NCBI GenBank assembly: GCA_965219995.1
Contig: CBDCOX010000002.1
Location: 448,001-512,000, forward strand
Length of the DNA stretch: 64,000 nucleotides
Origin: Candidatus Latescibacterota bacterium
GTDB lineage: Bacteria; Latescibacterota; UBA2968; GCA-2709665
Direction: 5' to 3'
Position numbers and translations under genes: made by a program
Shown here: in pieces, positions 62,513 to 64,000 of the stretch
Numbering within the stretch: position 1 is the stretch's first letter
Layout of the letters: every line of letters begins with the position of its first letter
The notes under the pieces: generated by a model
Seen by the model: only the letters and a program-made list of their open reading frames with translations
Told to the model about the DNA's origin: nothing
Database searches by the model: none

Positions 62513-63364
62513 CTAGCATTTCAGTGCGGATTCGGCCAACGCGTCCGTATCGGCCACCATCCTGGCCCATGCGCTGTCGGTATAGTCGGGACCGAAGTCG
62601 AAGGGCGGGGTTTCGATGCACATGGTACGGTCGTAGCCGATGCGAGCGGCATGCCGGAAAAATAAACGCCAGTCCACTCTGCCGTGGCCGGGGGCGAGGT
62701 GGGAATCACGGTCGCCCGCGTTGTCCGCCAGATGAAATGCGACCATGCGGGGTGCCATGACTTCAAAGAATCGGTGCGCATCTCCACGGCCGGCCACCAG
62801 GGCGTGGCCGGTGTCCAGGCAGAACCCGAGGTTGGGATGCGCGAAGTCCCTGATGATCCGCTCGAAATGTTCCGGCCTGGACGTGAACCGACCGCCGCCC
62901 GAGGGCAGCATATTCTCCAGGGCGATCGTGAAGTCGAGGGCTTCCGCTTCCCGCAGGAGCGTCTCGAGGCTCTTTCCGATCTGGCGGAAATAGGTCTCCA
63001 GGCCCTCCACGCCGGCGTCGGTCCGATTGGTCGTTGGATGCTGTATGCCAACGGTGGCCCCGAGGAGCGACGCTTTTCTCATCCAGAAGCGCATATTGTC
63101 CACGGCCCGCCGGCGTGTCGTTTCATAGAAGGAAGCGATGTCGTCGTCGGCAGAAAAGGGCAGATGAAACGTTTCGATGCAGAGGCCGGCGTCTCGATAG
63201 CTGGCGCCCAGTACCTGGAGTTCGGTTTCGGTTTTTCCTTCAAAAAGCGGCGGTGAGCCTTCGATGCCCGCCAGACCCGCGAAGCGACAGGTTTCCACGA
63301 TTTCATCGTGGGATTTCCCGGCCAGTGTATACCCTGTTGTGGTCCACGTCCATGCCTTTCGCAT
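62513..63364 (-). CDS. Sugar phosphate isomerase/epimerase family protein
   Basis: IALENM, CLDTGH, FHLADN, DSHLAPGHG, CIE. Confidence 0.85.
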   Translation of the reverse strand: MRKAWTWTTTGYTLAGKSHDEIVETCRFAGLAGIEGSPPLFEGKTETELQVLGASYRDAGLCIETFHLPFSADDDIASFYETTRRRAVDNMRFWMRKASLLGATVGIQHPTTNRTDAGVEGLETYFRQIGKSLETLLREAEALDFTIALENMLPSGGGRFTSRPEHFERIIRDFAHPNLGFCLDTGHALVAGRGDAHRFFEVMAPRMVAFHLADNAGDRDSHLAPGHGRVDWRLFFRHAARIGYDRTMCIETPPFDFGPDYTDSAWARMVADTDALAESALKC

Positions 63365-63480
63365 GATGGTTTCCTTCTTGAATGTGTGAAACGGGTGAGC
63401 GCAGGCACGCTCGAATGGTTGGGCGCTACCCGGTCCCTGACCCTCGGCCTCGCCTGCAGAGCGACTCTTTCAACGGAATG

Positions 63481-64000
63481 CTACACCTTTGCCGCCTGCG
63501 CCCTCTTTCCCTCCCAGCGATCGTACCAGTCCAGCAGTTGAGGCGATGGCGCGAAGTCATGTATGGTCACCCGTTTGCGTCCGGGCAGATAATTGCCGAT
63601 GTGCCATCCATTGGGATGGTAGAGCGCGAAATCCCCCGCGTCCATATACAGCCGCTCGGAACGCGGCATCGCCTGGGTATACTCCAGACACGCGCGTTCC
63701 CGTGCTTCGTACGGTACGTCTTCCGGAGGCAGGGGAGCCCCGGCCGCGTCGGCCTCCTCGGGCAGATCGTCTCGCAGGTAGCTTCCCGGCACGTACCACG
63801 TGCAGTTGTCCTCATAGAGCGGGCAGTTGATCTGGTTGAACCAGAGCGGGTCGCGGTTCACGCGGCGAAACTCCTCCACGTCTGGAACGTTGGATGTCTC
63901 CCGAAGGTCCCGGTGCCAACGGGTGCACCAGGGCTGGTCCTCTGGCTCCAGCAACAGTCCCATTCGCTTGAGTTCGCTATTGGCGATTCTGTGCTCGGGG
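63481..64000 (-). CDS. Phytanoyl-CoA dioxygenase (PhyH) family protein, 5'-truncated
   Basis: WHRD, VPGS, AGDFALY, WHIG, R..IH; frame remains open to the window edge. Confidence 0.7.
   Translation of the reverse strand, partial: PEHRIANSELKRMGLLLEPEDQPWCTRWHRDLRETSNVPDVEEFRRVNRDPLWFNQINCPLYEDNCTWYVPGSYLRDDLPEEADAAGAPLPPEDVPYEARERACLEYTQAMPRSERLYMDAGDFALYHPNGWHIGNYLPGRKRVTIHDFAPSPQLLDWYDRWEGKRAQAAKV

Overview
A high-GC bacterial chromosome segment. The divergent 16S and an FCB-type sigma factor lacking region 1.1 point to an uncultured FCB-affiliated lineage such as Latescibacterota; this placement is inference and was not tested. 1-5970: one rRNA operon (5'-truncated 16S, tRNA-Ile, tRNA-Ala, 23S, 5S). 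Its 23S is interrupted after E. coli position U1923 by a 675-nt group I intron encoding an I-CeuI-like LAGLIDADG homing endonuclease. 6-32 kb: housekeeping genes (EF-G paralog, yebC-ruvCAB, tsaB, rimI, holB, metG, tatD, rsmA, ilvE, proC, hisHF, proB, ftsB, recO, valS, PBP1A, secDF, polyprenyl synthase). 32-39 kb: two signal-peptide-less heparinase II/III-like lyases, an aldolase and xth. 39-43 kb: prmC, prfA, rpmE, rho. 43-48 kb: best candidate for an undescribed system, a compact sigma54-to-sigma70 cascade. A cytoplasmic PAS kinase and an NtrC-type activator are followed by tandem enhancer-like sites, an IHF-like site and a canonical -24/-12 promoter upstream of a PTS EIIA gene and an alternative sigma factor; hup lies just downstream. 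48-64 kb: carbohydrate catabolism genes, ssb, a split 'MFS/spermidine synthase' whose catalytic half looks like a lipoprotein, prmA, thrC and a partial PhyH-family gene. No CRISPR array, transposase or prophage was seen. All calls are by eye; no database searches were run.
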